The notes under the pieces are model-generated. The model was not told where the DNA came from and made no database searches. It saw nothing but the letters and a program-made list of their open reading frames with translations. The position numbers and the translations under genes are program-made. A DNA stretch of 64,000 nt from assembly GCF_009914755.1 (NCBI RefSeq), contig NC_060930.1; one strand, 5' to 3'. This DNA is from the human T2T-CHM13v2.0 reference genome, Homo sapiens. Positions 50,734 to 64,000 of the stretch are shown here, one piece after another. Numbering within the stretch: position 1 is the stretch's first letter; each line of letters opens with the position of its first letter.

Positions 50734-53700
50734 CCCAGCAATTATGTCATTTTATATGAGGAGCATAGTTGTATTTTCTTCCCCTTGGTCCTGGCTTTCT
50801 ATTAATACTTTATCATTTACTTTTGTCCCCTGTGATACAAATGTGTAAAAAAAATCTGTAAATTGAAGTGGGAAATAAACAAGTGAATTATGTTACATAG
50901 TTAAATATATTATTTATGATCATTAATAAAACACGTAATCCCTCTATGTTCTCAAGTTGTCAAATCTTACCGAACAATTCATTTTGCCATTACTTTTGGG
51001 ATTATACTGGCTAAATTTAGATATAGTTACATAAAATACAGAGCAAAATATCCTCAACATTTCTTGAACTGGGCAAAAGTTCCAAGCAGACATGCAAAAG
51101 AAAAGCTTGAATACGATAAATATAAATGCCAAATATAAAGAAAAAATTGCCAATAGCTACAGCAGTCCAAAGTTGGGAATGGGCTGCCCTGTCCCCAGGA
51201 ATTTGCCGTCTTATGAGACTTCAGACTGCTTTCTGATGGAGGTAGAGAGACAGAACACGTTAGGTACTCTTCACTAGCAAACACTACCACAGTATCCCTG
51301 TCTCACGCCATTTCAGTGTTTGAAAATATCACAGGATTCTATTGCAAATGTTCAGGATGGTAGATCCAACGTCTAAATCTCTCTGCTACCCTTTCCATCT
51401 CCCCTATTTGAAGGTAAGCATTAGTCTCATTGGCTGTTTGCTCTGTCAGTCTCAGTTGTCATGGCAGAATATCTACTCTGTCATGAGTTTATTTTTTGAC
51501 TTTCATCAATTATATGGATTATTAAGAAGATTTCTACAAAGGACAAATAATGCTAAATCAGCAGCCCTGTATGTAACTACCAAGAAGTTATGTACAACAT
51601 TAATATTGGTGCATGGTTCTGCTTGAGATCACCTCAATGTCTGATTCGGCTGCAGATCAGAGACATTATACTGATTCCAGCTGTTTTGCAAGCAAGTTGT
51701 GGTAGTCATCTAATACTTATGACCCCTGGTACAATTTGCAACCCGCAGTCTTCATGACTTGCTGAATTATATGCAGTACCCATTCTTCTTTATCTCCTAT
51801 TTCAAAGGTTATACTTAGACATGGTTACTCAGCATTACAGACCAGAATTACTTCAAATGAATTGGGAAAGACTCAGGAAAGAAATTCCAGAGAAAGACTT
51901 GAATCTTTTAAAGAGTCATGCAGAACAATGTCATATAAGGTCATGGAACAGAGAGTCACTAGACCACATAGGACTTTAATTCTCTGAGAATGGAAACCGT
52001 AATGACTCATTCAGACCAAAGGAGGCCATAGTGCCTAATATCCACACAATTCACTCAGAGTGTAAATCACAACTTATCCTGGGGTGGAGAAGGAGGAAGC
52101 CGAGGAGGGCAGAGAGATGAGTCCTGAGTTGGGGTTGAAGTGTGGGAACGAAACTGAGAACTGAACAACACATAAACTGTACCGCCAAACCCAGACACAT
52201 CTAGACCTGTGTTCAGAAAAAATAACACCATCTGTAAAATGTTATCCTTCTCCATGGTTTTGCTATTTTTTGTTTCCTTAGTTCTATGGAGAAATTTCAT
52301 ATTAAATAAAAAACCTCAAAAATTATAGATGCTCCATAAATGATAAATTAGGAAGTGATTCTCCACTTTAACAAAAAGATATTTAGCTCCACAAAAGAAA
52401 AGGTCGTAGCACTTTAAAAATGACTACATCCCTTTATACACCTACCTATATTATGATATATCATTTTGTACTAACCAGGATCCCAACAGGAAGCACCATG
52501 CTAAATTTATTATGCAAAAATCTCTGTAGCCCAACATTAATTGGCCGTTAACTAAAGTCTTTACCTAGAATATGCTCAATGCTGTGCTAGATGCTGAGAA
52601 ACATTCAGAAGTATATATTTCTATCCTAAAGTGGGTTAAAGTTCAAAAAAGCTTAAAGTTGTGTTAGAAAGATGAGACATGCATATAAAGTTGCAAGAAG
52701 CACTAAAACCAGAATTTGTTCTAAATGTTAGAGTACATTCTTCAAGAGCTTCAGGAGACTACAGAAGCCATGAAGCCCAAATCGGTATGGGGAAACCTGA
52801 AAAACAGAAAAACTAGGAAAAATAGAAAATGAAGAAACAGAACCAGACTATTTCCCCAGAGGGAGAAAAGAAATTGAATGTATGCAAATTGGAAATAGGT
52901 ATAGAAGCTAACAAGATAGTCTGCACACTGAAAAAGTCACTTCCAAAATACAAGGAAGATCCTCCACACTGTGGCTCTTTTTAAATAATGGGCCATATTT
53001 TAGATTCTAAATAGACCTAAGCAATTTGAGATGGCAATCCCTTCCACCTCTGCTCACTCACACAGACCTTTCTCCAACAGTTGTGAAGACTGAAGATATA
53101 TAATGAAGATCAGAATTTAGAAAGAAGTTAACTGATAGCTATTGGTAGTAAACAAGACTTCAGCTATTGACCAGACAGATGATAAAACAGCCTCACTTTT
53201 TGCCAATCACATTATCTCCCTTTTTTCCACTAGCAACCTAATCAACCTTGATGGCAGTTTGTAGCAAGTGTCGTGGTGACAGTTCACAAAGATTAACATT
53301 AGAGCTTTATTTGATTGTGAGTGGGTTGAAGAGACACTAGGTTTCAAAATCCATAAAATTGTTTTTTCATTACTTACAACATAATTTAGTGCTTGTCTGT
53401 GTTTGTCCCAGCCAAATATCATTCCCTAATAGCTGAAGTGAGTTCTCATTGACCAATGAATTTTAAAAATTACATCATCAAAGTTGTTCCATTAAAAAAC
53501 CCTCTGATGTTTTTTGCCTTCAGTGCTCCAGGTAAAAAAGTAAAGAGAACATTTTGACCTGGAAATAAGAATATAAAAGCCAAGCTGACATGCAGACAAA
53601 TGGCAGGGTGACAATGTCACCTAATCACTTCTGTCTCTTGTGCTCCTTCCCCCTTCTAACCCTCACTCACACACCTGTTATTTCAAAGTGGTCCTGCCAT

Positions 53701-54043
53701 TGCCAACAAAAGCAAGGATGACCAATGACCTAGGGGGTTGCTTTGTGGAAATCCCAGTTACTGACCTCACTGAAAGGACTGGGAGGGAATATCATCTTAA
53801 AGGAGCACTCATCCTAAAAGGATTAAGTTCGCCCTAAAACAAAATCATGTGTGACTCACCAGTGTGAAGTTCAACCTCCATCTTCCTTTCTGAAGCAGGT
53901 GTGGTCAAATAGGAAGCTGGTTGGGACTAAGCACCCAAATAGGATAAGGATTTTGATAATTTTATGTAGCAAGGCAAGATCTAGAATATTAATAAATCCT
54001 TCAGCTTTTCTTTAAATTCAGAATCTCTACTCTTTTTTATGTC

Positions 54044-54215
54044 TGTAGTTTTCTACCTGGCTGTACAAGAGAATCATCTGGAAAGGTTTTTTAAAATGCT
54101 GGCACCTGCACCCACTCCCAACCAATTAAATCAGGATCTCTGAGGGTGAAGCCCAGGCACTGTTAGGCCCGCAACTCTCCAGATGATTCCAAGGTGTAAT
54201 CAACTTTGACTACCA
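54044..54215. mobile_element. MER5A-like hAT-Charlie MITE
   Basis: ctggctgtacaagagaatcatctgga...accaattaaatcaggatctctgagggtgaagcccaggca...ctctccagatgattcc. Confidence 0.8.
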
Positions 54216-55109
54216 AAGTAGTCCAAGGTGCTCATTTGGCCTAAATAAGAACCACCTGGGCTGGGCTGGAGAGTGTAAAATCCCTGTCCATGTTTGGTGC
54301 TTGGCGCAGAAGACGTGCTGAGAGGGGGCCTGAGGGTGTGCCTGGTCCCCAGGAGAAAGTGCAGACTCATATCAACCCAATTATAATCCTTGAACACCAG
54401 TGCAATTTGGGGATGAATGTACGACTATTCTTTTACTTTACTAGATGGCATTCTACTTTCACAGAGTTTTATCTTCTTCCCTATTTTCCTTATCTATTTG
54501 TTAGCAGTGTAGACTCATGGATTCTTACTTTATTTAATGAGTTACAATTTTCTGATGCTCACATTGTCCCAGATTTTGCTCAAGCTAGCTCCTCTGTCCT
54601 TTGGACATGACCCCATCCTTTTATTCTGAGCACTTTCTTACTTTCAAGTACCACAAGATGTTCTGGATTCAGCTTGTATACTCCCTGCACCAGCCATGGA
54701 CTCAGTCATTTCTCCAAATAGCCTAAGTTCCTTTTAGTAAGGAATGGTATTTAGAAACCAATACCTGGGCTCTAGGTTAGTTCATCTGCAAAGCAGAAGC
54801 GTTACTGTTTCTAAGCAAGTAGAGCACTCAGAAGTTTCTCTCCCTCCAGTAACCCTTCTGCTCCATTCCCTTATACCGAACCTCTTGCTGTTCAGCAATT
54901 TCATTAGTTTCTGGTTTATATTTCCTGGGCCCCTTTTTGGAAAAGTAAATACGTGTTTCAATTCTTTTTTTTAATCACAAGTAGCATACTATATATATTT
55001 TGCACTTTTTAAAAAATGGAACATTTTGGAAGGATCACGCTATGCCATTTGATAGAGAACTTTGCTTTTTGTTTTTAAAGCTGCATAGTATTCAATTATG
55101 TATGTGTAC

Positions 55110-55605
55110 TGCAGGGAAGGAAAGATTCTTTCCTCATCCATTAATAGGTTCATGGTTGAGGCCCCATAACAAAAGGCAGATTAACAAGAGAAAAGCATGC
55201 CCATGTATTTAATATATTTTAGATAATACAGGAAACTTCATAAGGAAATGAAGACTCAAAGAAATAGGTGAACTTTCATATTTTTACACTTAGGTTTGAT
55301 GGAAAAGTAGATAGCCATGGAGAAGTATGTCTGGGCCAAGGGGGTATGATCTAATGATAATAAACTGGGGGGAACTTAGAAAGGCCTGTTTGTTAAGATT
55401 CCTCTCTGTGTCCCTTTTCTCCAGGTATAAGAAGGGCACCTCTCAAGTGAGAGTCTTATGACCAGCTTCAGAAGAGAAGGGTGGGAAGTCAGAAAGTAAC
55501 CATCTTAGGATTTATACCCTGCTTCAGGGAGAAGGGGGAAAAAGGAAAAATGACCTTCCTACTTCTGCTCTTTCTCAAATGCCCAATGTTTTGGGGTAGC
55601 TCATC
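55110..55605 (-). mobile_element. ERV1-class LTR (MER31/MER67-like)
   Basis: aaaggcagattaacaagagaaaagcat ... ggggtatgatctaatgataataaactggggggaacttag ... tttctcaaatgcccaatgttttggggtagc; subfamily uncertain. Confidence 0.65.
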
Positions 55606-56076
55606 AGTACCATATTTATTTAACTACCTACCTATTTTTGGGCATTTGTTTCCAATATTTTGTGAACATATGTTTTCATTTCTCCTGGTTAAATACCTAA
55701 GAGTGGTATTGCTGGGTCATAGCATAGGCATATGTTTAATTTATTTTAAAAATAGCAGTTTTCTGAAGTGGTCATACCATTTTATACTCTTATCAGGAAT
55801 GTATGATAGTCCATAATGTTTCATACCATGGCCAACATTTAGTGCAGTCAGTCTTTTCAATTTCGATTATTCTAGTTGGTGTGGAATATTTTCTATGGTA
55901 TCCTTTTGTGGGTAAAATTCACTTCCCCCAAGACAATGTTGAGCACCTATCCTTCTGCATAATGGTTATTTGCATTGAAATGTTGGTTCAAGCTTTGTTC
56001 ATTTTTGAATGGGTTGACTTTTTGTTATTGATTTGTAGGAGTTTTTATATTTACAAATTTCAAATATATGTATTGA

Positions 56077-56445
<369 letters not shown>

Positions 56446-56848
56446 TAAAAAGTTAATATTTATGAAGTTGATTTTTTAATTTCTTTTATAATTAGTGCTT
56501 TTTCTATACTATTTAAGAAATCTTTACTCCAAATTTGCAAAGATATTCTCTTATGTGTTTTAGAAACTTTTTAATTTTAACTTTTTTGTTTAGATCTATA
56601 ATTTATCTCAAATTAATTTTTGAGTATGCATGAGGTAGTGTTAATACCCTTTTTTTCATAAAATTAAACAGTCTAGTACCATTTGTTGAAAAGACTTTTC
56701 TTTTCCCTTTAAATGGCCTTGATCCCTTTGGAAAAAATCAGTTTACCATGTATATATAGGTCTACTTTTGCACTCTCTATTCTGTTCTAGCTCTCTGTCT
56801 ATGTTGATACCAATTTCAAGATGTCTTAAGCAATACAGCCTAATAGTG

Positions 56849-57177
56849 TAGTCATTCCTTGATCTGCAGGGGAGGAATTCCAGGACACCCTGTAGATACC
56901 AAAATCTGCAGATGCTCAAGTCTTTTACATAAAATAACATAGTATTTGCATATAACCTACACACATCCTCTCATATACTTCTCATATACTTTAAATCATC
57001 TCTAGATTACTTATAATACTTAATACAATGTAAATGCTATGTAAATAGTTGATATACTGTATTGTTTTTAAATTTGCATTATCTTTATTGTGGTATTGTT
57101 ATTTTTATTGTTTTTTTCAAATGTTTCCTGTGTTGGTTGAACCTACAGATGCAAAACCCACAGATATGAGCTGACTG
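56849..57177 (+). mobile_element. MER2-family TcMar-Tigger MITE
   Basis: agtcattcct...gactg ends; gataccaaaatctgcagatgctcaagtc; gtatttgcatataacctac; aaatcatctctagattacttataatac. Small internal duplication tctcatatact x2. Confidence 0.88.
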
Positions 57178-58089
57178 TCTTTTGAAATTAGGTACAATGA
57201 AGCCTCTAACATTGTTCTTTTACAAGATTGTTTTGGCTATTCTAGAGCCTCTTATTTCCCATATAAATTTGGAATCAGTTTTTTTTAATGTCTACATTTT
57301 AAACATGTAGAACCAACATTTTGGTTGAAATTGGATTCAATCTATATTTAAATTTGTGGAGAATTAATATCTCAATAATAGTGAATTTTCAATCCATAAA
57401 TGTTCTATATCTCTTATTAAGTCTTCTTTAATTTCTTTCAACAATGTAGTTTTCCATGTTGAGGTCTTGTATACATTTTGTTTAAATTATTCTTGAGAAT
57501 GTTATGTTTTGAGTGCTTTAAGGATAAAAATGTTTTCTTGTTTTGTTTTTTAATTGTTTGTGACTAACATATAGAAATAATCTTTTAATATTGATCTTGT
57601 ATACTGAGTCCTTCCCAAATTCACTTCTCAGTTCCAGTGGTTCTTCTGTAGATTCTTTAGGATTTTCTAAGTAAACAATGATTTCTCCTGTGAATATAAA
57701 TAGAAGAAAAATAACTTCTCCCTATCTGATCTTTGTGACTTTTTCTTGTCTTTTTGCACTGACTAGTGCCTCAAGTACAAATGGAATGGTAAAAACAAAC
57801 ACTCTTGTTTCCAATCTTAAAAGGAAAGCATTCAATTTCACAACTAAATATAAGCTGTTGATTTTTAGTGAGTCCTCTTTATGAGATTGAGAAAATTTCT
57901 ATCTTTAACTTGCTGAAAGCTTTTAATCATAAATGGATGTTGAATATTGTGAAGTGTTTTGTCTGCACCTATTGAAATGAATATATGATTTTTCTCCTTT
58001 TCTTAATGGTGAACTATGTTGACTGACTTTAAAATTTTAAACAAACCCTTTTATTCCTTGAAAACAAACACCTGATCATGATATAGTCA

Positions 58090-58140
58090 TACACACAGAC
58101 ACACACACAAACATACACACACACACACACACACAACAAC
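58090..58140. repeat. Imperfect (CA)n microsatellite
   Basis: Read directly. Confidence 0.9.
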
Positions 58141-59114
58141 AAACATACTGCTGAATCGTATTTCCTATTATTTTGTGAAGGATTTCTATGTCTGTGTGCA
58201 GGGAAGATATTTGACTATAATTTTCTTTGTGTGCAATGTTTTTGTCTGGCTACATTATCAGGGTAATATTGGCCTCATAGAATAATATAGAAAGTATTCC
58301 TTTCAGCTCTATTTTCCAAAAGAATTTGTGAAAAGTTGGCAATATTTATTTCTTAAGTTGTTAATAGATTTTGCCAGTGAAACTATCTGGATGTATAGAT
58401 TCTTTGTGAGGTTTTTGGTAACAAATTCAATTTATTTTATAGAACTATTTATATTTTCCATTTCTTCTCATGTTAGTTTGATAAATTGCATTTTGAAGAA
58501 ATGTTTCTGTTTTATCTAAGTTGTCAAATGTTACTGGTTTAATGCTGTTCATAATATTTCTTCTCAGATTATAACAGTCCTTTTAGAATTTCTGCAGCTC
58601 CTATAAATTTACAACGTATCATATTGTAATTAGTGCACAATATGGTAATATTTAAGTGTGTCAGTTTTTATTTCCACAATTAGATTGCAGGCTTCCTATG
58701 AAAAGGGACTATTACTGAATCTGCCTTCAACCTTTACTCTAGTTTAGACTAAAAAAAGGCAAATCTGTTAACCTGAGAGGAGACCAGTCATTATCAATAT
58801 GTTAGAACCTTAACCTATTGATGTGGAACACAGAAGTTAAAAGAAGGTCAGGAAAGACTAAGCAGATAAAATTTGGAGCTGAGCCTTGAAAGGTAAATAA
58901 GAGCTTTCTAGAAAGACAAAATAGGGGGTGAAAGAACATCTAGACAGAGGGAATAACATGGGCGAAGATGTACAGGCACAAGAGAGCATGGTGTTATGAG
59001 AAGACCTGTATCAACTATAGGAGGATATGGTGTCAGGGATGATGAAACAAGTATCTAGGAAAGGCTTTCTGGCATAGATGGGCACTGGCCTGAGTGGGGC
59101 ATGAGGTCTGTGGG

Positions 59115-59477
59115 TGTATTAATCTGTTTTCACACTGCTGATAATGACATACCCAAAACTGTGCAATTTACAAAGGAAAGAAGTGTAATGGACTCACAGT
59201 TCCACATGGCTGGGGAAGCCTCACAATCATGTTGGAAGGTGAAAGGCATGTCTCACGTGGCAGCAGACAAGAGAAGAGAATGAGAACCTAGCAAAAGGTG
59301 TTTCACCTTATAAAACCATCAGGTCTTGTGAGACTTATTTACTACCATGAGAACAGTATGGCGGAACTGCCCCCATGATTCAATTATCTCCTATCTGGTC
59401 CCTCCCACAACATAAGGGAATTATGGGAACTACAATTCAAGATGAGATTTGGGTGGGGACACAGCCAAACCATATCA
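59115..59477 (-). mobile_element. THE1B-like solo LTR
   Basis: tgtattaatc...ggggacacagccaaaccatatca; 5-bp TSD gtggg on both sides. Confidence 0.93.
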
Positions 59478-60939
59478 GTGGGCCTGAGGCAAGTAAGCCA
59501 GGAATCTCTTATTCTCCCCTCCCCCACAAGTTTACCTAAAAATGATTTTGAATCATGCTTTCATTTGACAGAATCATACCAGCACTATCATCAATGTTAT
59601 AATCACCTGGTCCCCTGCAGGCAGGACTTGGTTTGATCTAGAGCTCCTCTTCATCTACAAACCACTAATCTGTGTCTCTGTTACTCTTTGCAGTCATGAT
59701 CATCTGACCTCTTTCCATGGAGATCATTAAAGTAGCATCCAAAAATCTATGGTACAGCATTCTTCAAACAAACAAACAAAAAAACCACCTCAAAGGTAGA
59801 ATTTTAAGGAGGATTACAAACCCTCCAGCCCTTAGCCAAATATTTGACTCTCCCCAGAGGATAACAACTGACCAAAGGGTATCAAGGGATAAAACTGGGG
59901 CCCAGAATAGTTCATAAGGTCATGATAACCTGTTATGGGAACTCACCTCCCATTTTTTTTCTTCTTTCTTATTTTTTTCCTGACATTCTCTAACTTTTTA
60001 ATAAGACAAATGGTCACACTCCACCCTAAATTTATTAAGTCTGTATTATCTATCAGAATTTCAGTGTCAGGAGCCAATCCCAGACTTTTACTGACACCTG
60101 AAGTCCAGTCAATTACTGATTTTGTCACTTCCTTCTCACTCAGCTATGATTGGGGGAGCAATTTTATCACATATGAGGGATGGTCAATAAACTAGATGAT
60201 TCAAGATTCTGCCTTTTTGGGGGCAGCCCTTTAGTTCTACAATAATTAAACAGGTCCAGAAAGAGAAACTGACCAGAGATTATGGGTGTGGATGCCAGCA
60301 CAACAGCAAGCATGAGCCTCTAACTCTCCCTTCTGGGTGACCCTTGAAGTCAGCTGCCTCATCCCCAGGAACTGTGTGGTGGTGGCAGAATAAGAGGTGT
60401 TCAGAAGACATGAGCTTCACCCAACAGGTGTAACATCTGAGTTCTAACAAGTATCCTTCCAGTTAAAAGTAAGAGTTTCCCTCCTGTTTTCCTGAGAGGT
60501 GGCCAGAATCGTTATTATACTTTTGTCAAATCTATGATATGGATAAGCCAGTCCCCAAGGTCTGGAAAAGAGGAGAAAGGACAAATACTAGGACTAGAAA
60601 CTAATCAACTGTAGGTCTGAAGTTAGAAGGGATGTCCATGCTTTGGATGGAATCCCATCGCTGAGACAACCCCTCCCTGCTTCTGCTTTTCTTATCAGCA
60701 TTTCCCTTTTGGAGAAAGCAAAGAAAGAGATCTGGCAGCAGCACATCTGTAGTGACAGCAGTAAGAGAATTATCTTCAGCTGAAATCTAATGTCTCTCTA
60801 CTAGTCAAACCTTTTTTTGGTTCTGATATTTCCTCTCATCACCACGTACAAGTTGAACTACCCCACTCATGAAGACATCCCATTTCCAACCCCAGATTAT
60901 TTCAAAGCTGGTAAGTTAAAGCCAATTTTTTTATTGTAG

Positions 60940-61060
60940 AAGGCAGGTTATAGAGATCACTAAATCCAACCCCATTTTACAGATTAGAATGTCAATGTCA
61001 AGAGACTGAACAATTCACCTAGAGTTACACTTAGTGAAGAGTACAAGACAGATTTCTCAC
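60940..61060 (-). mobile_element. MIR fragment, antisense
   Basis: tagagatcactaaatccaaccccattttacagat...agagactgaacaattcacctagagttacac. Confidence 0.6.
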
Positions 61061-64000
61061 CCTTTGAAAAAACTGTGATCCATCCATCACCCAATCTCTA
61101 GCCTAGATAAATAAACTGAATAACACAAATAAATTGTAATAGGCAACCTTGAAAATGAACCTATCCCAAGGTACTGGGCTGTGCTGATATCATTCAAAAA
61201 CATTAATTGCATATTAAGGCACAATTATGAGCAGTTATTGCCATTTCTATAATTGAACAGTACAATTCAAACAAGAAGAGTAAGAATAGAAGGAGATAGG
61301 CTGGAGACCCCAGCGAATATAGCTTTGTACCTCTCTACTTCCTTCAGATTAAAAATCAGTGAATAAGCATAGGCTGGTATTTGCTGAGAGCTAGATATCA
61401 TATTGCTAAGATGTTACCAAGAGATTCAATTCTATAAATTAAATAATAAGAACATATGAATAAAGAGAATAGCAGTATATATTTCCTTGGAAGCAAAGAC
61501 TAAAACATTGACTGATAAGATCTTGCTACTAATTCAAATACAAACGCTAATTCTTATTTTGGCAGCTTTCAGTTTATTCCCTACAAGGCCACTCCAGAGA
61601 AATCCTCAAAAAATATTTTGTATGATCTCTCTTCTTTTACCTTTACTATTCCTACTCCACCTGCAAGGACAGAAAGAGGGTTGGAGGGTAATTGTATAAT
61701 CATGATTAGATTGTAATAAGACCTATGTGTGGGGAAAAGAACTTTCACCATTCTTTTTTTTTTCCATGTTAACAACCTTTAAACCTGCTCCAAGTATAAA
61801 TTCAATTAGAGTGAATCATATATTTTGCATAATTTAATAACCTTTTTTCTTATTATGGAAGTTCTTATAGTCATTTTATTTTCATGGTAAAAAATAATCA
61901 AGCAGACACGGACATGGAAATAAAATTTTAGAAAAGCAGCAAAGAACCCATTCATAATTCTACCACCAAATCATTAACCACTGTTAATATTTTGGAGTAT
62001 ATACTTCCAGAGGGTGGTGTGTGTGTGTGTGTGCATGTATGTGTGTTTTCAGGTGTCTTTGCCAGTGTTGATGCCTGTAAGGTCCTGGCTTCTTGGTCTT
62101 GCCTCAGCCTTATCCTGACCCCTCTGTGGTCAAGACCCATAATATAACAATAGACAGAGCTCCCACTAGCTGGTAGAGTCTGGAACTGATCTTGCTACTG
62201 TGGTTCTCTGAGGGCCAGGATGAGCCTTGGGCTCCTGTGAGTATCTGGAGCTACAGCCTTCCCACCCGTTTTGAGTTTGTGCAACCCATGGGACTAGGCA
62301 GCTGCCTCACTTTCCTGATTTGTACTTTTGCTCTCCATTCAAGGCCTGGAACCCTGTTTCTCTCAAGCTCCTTGGCTGACACCCAACACACAGCCTAGCT
62401 CTTGCCTGTGGCTCCCTTCTTTCTGGGCCACTAAACTCTATGCCCTGACCCCTTGGCTGCTGTGTGCACCTGTCCATGAGCATTTCCTGGAGACTTCAAC
62501 TGCAACAACCCACCCACCAAGTCAGACTCCCCCTGGGTGCTGAAATCACCAGGCATCTTTGACCCCAATTGGGTCACTTTCATCAGGAACAAACCCTAGG
62601 ATGGCTTACCCAAATTTCTTTATTTGCTGTCTAATGTTTTGAGCCATTTGTTTTTCTCTTTCACTTAAAACTCCTACCCTTTACTGAGCACTGGGTTAAA
62701 CTGTGGTAGGGCAATCAGTGACAACATTTTAGTTAATTGCTTAGCAATGTTGTTTAAAAGGAATGAAAACTTCAGATTACACTCAAACTTTCCTGTAAAT
62801 GGCTCAGTACCACCTGACACAAATTTGCCCTCACATTATAGCCTTCTAATCCTTGTCAGCAGGAAGGAAAAGAAAAGAATAAACAACCAAAGGAGATTTA
62901 TTAATATCATGTTTTCTTCTCTCAGAGAAGAAAGCGCAAAAAAAAGTGGTATCCTCTCATCCACTAATGGTTAGATGTTGGCTTCGATATGTTTTCATCT
63001 GGATCGGAACAAGTGTTCGGGGTACATCTTGCTGCCTTCAAATATCAGATAATAACCCCTCTTTGTGATAACAGAATGGGAAAGCCTATGGTGATATTTT
63101 GCCCAAAGTGACATGTACGGGGGGGATTATTTGAAAAGCAAAAAGGCACATTTGCCTAACAGACAAGCTTGGACAAGTTCAAGTGGCAGAAGAAAAATCC
63201 TCAGAAAGGTGTTTTGCGACATGCCTAGCCATTAGTCTCTAATGTCACTTTTTTCTCAGAAAAAAAAAAAAGAACACTGTTTTTGAGATTGTTTCATAAT
63301 GAGCACATTGTATTGAAGGGCAGTGAAAGAATCACAAACCTTGTTTCAATCCCAGCTGTCAGCTCTCCACTGGAAGGATGCCATTTACTTATTCTTGGAC
63401 TGGATCCTAGATGTAAAAAAAAGGAAAGAAAGAAAAAGCGTGTGTAGCTACCAATCAGTGTGAATTGAACATTATTATCTACTAGCCTCTTCCTAGCAGT
63501 TTACAGCAGTATCAAATTCCTACCAGAGATGCAGATGAGTAAGGAGCAGGGGCTGCATGCTCAGCCTGTTCAGGTGCTGGGCAGGGAAGTGAATGGGCGA
63601 GGTTACCAGTGGCAATGCCTGTAAGGAAGAGAGCAGATGCCTCATCTGCTGGTCTGATGGGCCAGATGCTGCTCAGCCCCAGCCTGCTCAGGCCACATAG
63701 AAAGGCCAGCCCAATGTTGACAAACACTCTGAGGCTTTGCAAGAGAAGGTGGAAGGAAATTTGAATATTTATGATAATTCTCCAGATTTTTAAATGTTGG
63801 CAATTGACTTAAAGAATTTCCAAACCCCCGGCAAGCCCAACAAGACACATATGGGTGCCAGATGCAACCCTTAGACATCTAGTTTGTGAGCTGCGTTCTA
63901 GAGCATGAGGAAGAGGGAGGAGAGAGGGCCATATGGCCGGCTGGGTGAGTTCCTGCAGAGTTGACCTGCACACCCCAGAGAATGTCATCTACAGGGTGAT

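Overview
Primate, most likely human, AT-rich genomic DNA. I find no recognisable protein-coding gene, RNA gene or CpG island, and I cannot name the locus from sequence alone. Roughly half of the window or more is recognisable interspersed repeat. The largest structure is a 13-kb nested cluster (4582-17763): an old L1MB-like LINE hosting four Alus, a MER2-family MITE, an internally deleted L1PA15/16-like element and an antisense L1PA7/8-like fragment. Elsewhere there are L2, MIR, CR1/L3, MLT1, THE1B, Tigger2a, MER2, MER3, MER5 and further Alu copies. The supplied ORFs are TE remnants or chance ORFs. Signals the repeats do not explain are: (i) three long near-perfect hairpins (45881-46003, 50084-50145, 32419-32484); (ii) several small duplication-plus-inversion patches that look like template-switch scars; (iii) a dense 45.7-46.7 kb stretch with a well-formed small minus-strand exon candidate, the longest hairpin, a CTCF-like site and tandem kB/NFAT-like sites; (iv) a few repeat-free, motif-rich blocks that may be enhancers. 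Repeat subfamily names come from recalled consensus sequences and are approximate. Nothing here establishes a new biological system; the findings are leads.
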